Below, piece after piece: positions 49,392 to 52,433 of a stretch of DNA of 52,433 bases. A program made the position numbers and the translations under genes. The first letter of the stretch is position 1. Every line of letters starts with the position of its first letter. The stretch is from positions 1 to 52,433 of the forward strand of contig JAZKAJ010000016.1 in assembly GCA_040389185.1 (NCBI GenBank), read 5' to 3'. The notes beneath the pieces are model-generated. The model was not told where the DNA came from. It saw only the letters and a program-made list of their open reading frames with translations, and searched no databases. Origin of the DNA: Patescibacteria group bacterium. GTDB taxonomy: Bacteria; Patescibacteriota; Minisyncoccia; Phycocordibacterales; CAIRYW01.

Positions 49392-50162
49392 TTACCAGTC
49401 TCTCGGTACCGCTCTTGGAATAATATCTATCTTTGAGACATCGAAATCAAATGTGTAGTTCCAAGTAAATGTCACACTAGCCTTATTATTCGGAGAAATA
49501 TAATCAACATTTGTAGATGACGATTCATGAGCATTCCCTTCTGCATCATATACCACAGCGATCACTTCAAGGTTTTTGAGTGGATATACTTCATTATTTA
49601 GAATATCAGCAGTTACTCTTGATCGTGTATCTACCGTCTGATTTAAAACATTATTAACTCTAATATCAGGATCCTTGAACTGTCCTTTCTCCCATTGTAT
49701 TGAACTATCATCTATCTCAAATGTAATCTTTGAAGCTTCTCTGTTTCCTGTGAGAATTGAATGTTCAAATATTGGGAATATTCTGCCTGGCGGAGCGAAT
49801 GTTGTGCCAGGTACTTCAAAGAGAAGCACATTATTTGCGTCGTAGACTTTGAATATATAATTAATACTTTTTGAATAGACGTTTTGATTTGGATTTTCAA
49901 CAAGGGCTAAAGCACTATAGGCTCCTGGTCCCGCTTTAAATAAACGACTATACACAACAATAGGTGGTCGAGATTCGAGTGGACAAAGGAGCGCACAGAC
50001 ACCACCACAATCAACCCCTTTTTCATCTTGATTTTGAATTTGATCAAAACAAGTAGGAGCTCTATTTAAAAATTTTTCATAGACAATTACCGCAAACACA
50101 GCCAAGATGACCGTCCACATAATACCAAGAATCATAAATTTTCTTCTTTTGCCCCAGTTCAT
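49392..50162 (-). CDS. Membrane-anchored hypothetical protein with short Cys motif and Ig-like repeats
   Basis: TM, CFDQIQNQDEKGVDCGGVC, two F/V-x-V-Y-D beta domains. Confidence 0.8.
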   Translation of the reverse strand: MNWGKRRKFMILGIMWTVILAVFAVIVYEKFLNRAPTCFDQIQNQDEKGVDCGGVCALLCPLESRPPIVVYSRLFKAGPGAYSALALVENPNQNVYSKSINYIFKVYDANNVLLFEVPGTTFAPPGRIFPIFEHSILTGNREASKITFEIDDSSIQWEKGQFKDPDIRVNNVLNQTVDTRSRVTADILNNEVYPLKNLEVIAVVYDAEGNAHESSSTNVDYISPNNKASVTFTWNYTFDFDVSKIDIIPRAVPRDW

Positions 50163-50283
50163 CCCGTTTCGAAGCAGGTCGCGATCACTCGCTTGTGCTT
50201 AAATTAAGTTTAAATTTTTTTAATAATATTATGTATATAATCTCGCTTGAAGACTCTATCGTGACCGCGGCTTCGAACGGGAT
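50161..50283. mobile_element. Second CCCGTT-terminus MITE-like element
   Basis: ATCCCGTTTCGAAGC ... GCTTCGAACGGGAT termini, AT-rich core. Confidence 0.65.
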
Positions 50284-50321
50284 TCATTTCCATTAGTACT
50301 AAGTATAACATCAAGAAAGAT

Positions 50322-50356
50322 AAACAAAAAACATCCCTTGCGAGATGTTTTTGTTT
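50322..50356 (-). terminator. Terminator of the tRNA cluster
   Basis: AAAAACATC / GATGTTTTT stem with T tail. Confidence 0.65.
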
Positions 50357-50419
50357 TGAAATTTTGGATGTGGACACGAACGAATTCGTGTCGCCATAAA
50401 TCCAAACACAACTTGTGTT

Positions 50420-50495
50420 TGGTACCCGGGGTAGGATTCGAACCTACGACATACTGCTTACGAGTCAGCCGCTCTACCAACTGAGCTACCCAGGC
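50420..50495 (-). tRNA. tRNA-Thr(CGU) with A31-G39 mismatch
   Basis: GCCTGGG/CCGGGT acceptor region, GCTGA-CT-CGT-AA-GCAGT anticodon arm, encoded CCA. Confidence 0.85.
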
Positions 50496-50514
50496 AAAAT
50501 GAACATTCTGAAAG

Positions 50515-50587
50515 TGCTCTCCAAGGGATTCGAACCCCTAACCACTCCCTTGCAGGCGAGTTGTGTTACCGTTACAACCAGAAGAGC
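50515..50587 (-). tRNA. Aberrant tRNA-like gene (GCA/Cys-like anticodon, A73)
   Basis: Good acceptor (GCTCTTC/GGAGAGC) and T arm; irregular D and anticodon stems. Confidence 0.5.
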
Positions 50588-50607
50588 TTTTCAGAAAATT
50601 TCTAACG

Positions 50608-50811
50608 TGGACTCGAGAGGATTCGAACCTCCGACCTTTGACCTAAAACCGCCAGCCTTCGCGCAAGTTTGCACCTCACTGCGCCGTGAAGCAAACAGGA
50701 GAACTTGTGTCCCCGAAGGACATTATGAAGGGTGCCTCCCTCACCTACCGACTAACGATCCTATTGTCTTTTTGAGACAATCAACGCTCTAACACACTGA
50801 GCTACGAGCCC
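50608..50811 (-). tRNA. tRNA (probably Lys, UUU) with 130-nt insertion at 50649-50778
   Basis: GGGCTCG/CGAGTCC acceptor, A73, GCTC/GAGC D stem, TTGAT/GTCAA anticodon stem, intact T arm; removing the insert gives loop TT-TTT-AG. Confidence 0.75.
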
Positions 50812-50868
50812 ATTTAGAAAATGGAGAACTTTCTCCACATCCAAAATTTCAAATGACTTTATAACGGC

Positions 50869-50896
50869 AGTATACTCTTTTGGATTTGGAATGCAA
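50869..50896 (-). promoter_or_regulatory. Sigma70-type promoter for the tRNA cluster
   Basis: TTGCAT-N16-TATACT on minus strand. Confidence 0.6.
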
Positions 50897-50997
50897 GAGT
50901 ATAAAATTCAAAATATTAAGAATATGATTACCTACTTTTTCCTTACAGGAACAGTACACCTTTTCGATTTTTATTTCGCATAGCTCATAAAAATCTG

Positions 50998-51141
50998 AAA
51001 AGGTCTTGCACTCGGGGCCCCTGCCCCGAGCTCACCTCCATAGAGAGGTCTCTATGTTCGGGGAAAGTAGGTATTATCAGCACAATTACAGATAAAGAAA
51101 AAAGCCGCCAAAAGGCGACTTTTTTCTTTATTAAAAACTTT
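50998..51141 (-). repeat. 5S rRNA trailer (terminator, antisense 5S 3' copy, shared palindrome)
   Basis: 51050-51085 is an inverted copy of the 5S 3' end; 50998-51036 matches the reverse complement of 32844-32880. Confidence 0.75.
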
Positions 51142-51252
51142 GTGCTGGCGATTACCTACTTTCCCCTCCATAGAGTATCATCGGTACTACGAGGCTTAAC
51201 TTCTGAGTTCGGAATGAGATCAGGTGTGGCCCTCGCGTCAAATCACCAACAC
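51142..51252 (-). rRNA. rrf: 5S rRNA (short, ~111 nt)
   Basis: CCACACCTGATCTCATTCCGAACTCAGAAGTTAAGC, GATGATACT, GAAAGTAGG motifs; ends approximate. Confidence 0.93.
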
Positions 51253-51389
51253 AAAATTTTCAATTTTGTTTGTTAACTTCATTTATTCAAAAGCAAGAGA
51301 TCTTTCAATCTCACGAAGCAGAAACAATTTAAACATAAAATTGTATCTCTTTTAGATAAAAGCTATAAAACTTTTATCTGATTTCCACA

Positions 51390-52433
51390 TTTCCTAATAG
51401 GAATCGAACATTAGTACACCTCGACTTAAACGATTACTCGCCTTACATCTAGTGCCTATCAACGTGATCATCTCTCACGAGTCTCAAACGATTCCTAATC
51501 TTAAGGTTGGCTTCGCTCTTAGATGCTTTCAGAGCTTATCCAATCCCGACATAGCTACGGAGCGGTGCCACTGGCGTGACAGCTCCCAGACCAGAGGTCA
51601 GTTCATCCCGGTCCTCTCGTACTAGGGACAAATCCTTTCAAGAATCAACGCCTGCAGTAGATAGGAGACCAACCTGTCTCACGCTTATGTTCACAAATTT
51701 TACTTTGTTACGACTCAAATTACTTTGAGGTTCGGACTATATCTTCATCTTTCCTAACGGAATCAGATGGCTTACTTGTAGTCTCTACGAGCAGAATTAA
51801 ATCAAAGATTTTAAATCAAGAATCAAGAATTTTTGATTTATGATTTTTACTTTTTGATTCATCTTTCTCTCGGTATTGTCCTCAACATCACTTGTAGGAT
51901 TTCACCGATATTAGTAAGCGAGTTTATATATGTTTCCATATACAACCGCCGTGATTCACATACATAATAAATATGTATCTTTGGTTCCAACAAATTAATC
52001 TATACTCTAGAATTAATTTTGTTTTGTATCTCTATAATTTTCTTTTTCAATATAACAGTCTAAGTTCACTTGTGTGTACTTATATTTTTGTCTCGTGGGA
52101 TTCAGACTGTAAATTAGTCAAAAGTTTCAAATCTTAAAGTCAAAAGAAAAATGCATTTGCATCTAACTTTTAGACTTTCGACTTTCTGACTTTTAACTTC
52201 TCTACGGTCTGAACCCAGCTCGCGTATCTTTTTAATTGGCGAACAGCCAAACCCTTGGGACCTTCTCCAGCCCCAGGATAAGATGAGCCGACATCGAGGT
52301 GCCGAACTCCGCCGTCGATATGGACTCTTAGGCGGAACTAGCCTGTTATCCCCAGAGTAGCTTTTGTCCGATAATCTCCCACCGCATCTAATGCGAATGG
52401 TCGGTTCACTATGTTCTGCTTTCGCATCTGCTC
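51390..52433 (-). rRNA. rrl: 23S rRNA, 3' part (partial, runs off the window; intron-containing)
   Basis: Peptidyl-transferase centre sequences (GGGATAACAGGCT, CACCTCGATGTCGGCTC, GAGCTGGGTTCAGACCGT|CGTGAGACAG) and sarcin-ricin loop AGTACGAGAGGACC. Confidence 0.98.
51684..52203 (-). mobile_element. Group I intron in 23S rRNA after E. coli-equivalent U2593 (520 nt)
   Basis: 5' exon ends in U, intron ends in G; P7 elements GTAGAGACTAC and AAGATATAGTCC; IGS GCGGTT pairs with exon GACCGU, adjacent TCACG pairs with 3' exon CGTGA. Confidence 0.9.

Noticed and set aside
25323-50792. ORFs overlapping RNA loci (25323-25583, 25466-25792, 32705-32902, 37674-37979, 50256-50480, 50415-50792; also 17883-18146)
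   Set aside because: Artefacts of GC-rich tRNA/tmRNA/trailer sequence
51955-52110. Homing endonuclease ORF in the 23S intron
   Set aside because: No ORF of 60 aa or more and no recognisable LAGLIDADG, GIY-YIG or HNH motif by eye

Overview
AT-rich bacterial chromosome segment. Gene content and style suggest Patescibacteria/CPR, Parcubacteria-like (inference): a type IV pilus pilMNO-B-T-C cluster with no pilQ in the window, comF, secDF, ftsH, recG, rodA, sugar-modification genes, a shortened 5S rRNA and an intron-bearing 23S rRNA. The protein genes are mostly ordinary; the RNA layer is not. (1) Five stable-RNA genes (tRNA-Ser(ACU), tRNA-Ser(GCU), tRNA-Ile(UAU), tmRNA, 5S rRNA) are each followed by a 'trailer'. 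It consists of a terminator hairpin, an antisense copy of that RNA's own 3' end, palindromic modules shared between loci, and often a sense 3'-end copy. (2) Three atypical tRNAs form one transcript clamped by a perfect 20-bp inverted repeat; one is a Lys-like tRNA with a 130-nt structured insertion in its anticodon loop that has no recognisable group I core. (3) Rare ACU and UAU anticodons, an unidentified ~150-nt structured RNA, a tRNA-5'-mimic RNA and MITE-like elements that rebuild start codons. (4) A ~7.8-kb island in the tRNA-Ser 3' end carries a decayed serine recombinase and a 1979-aa surface protein. (5) A Cys-rich repeat pilin and a group I intron at 23S position ~2593. No TGA stop codon is used by any of the 46 called genes. 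All calls were made by eye, without database searches.
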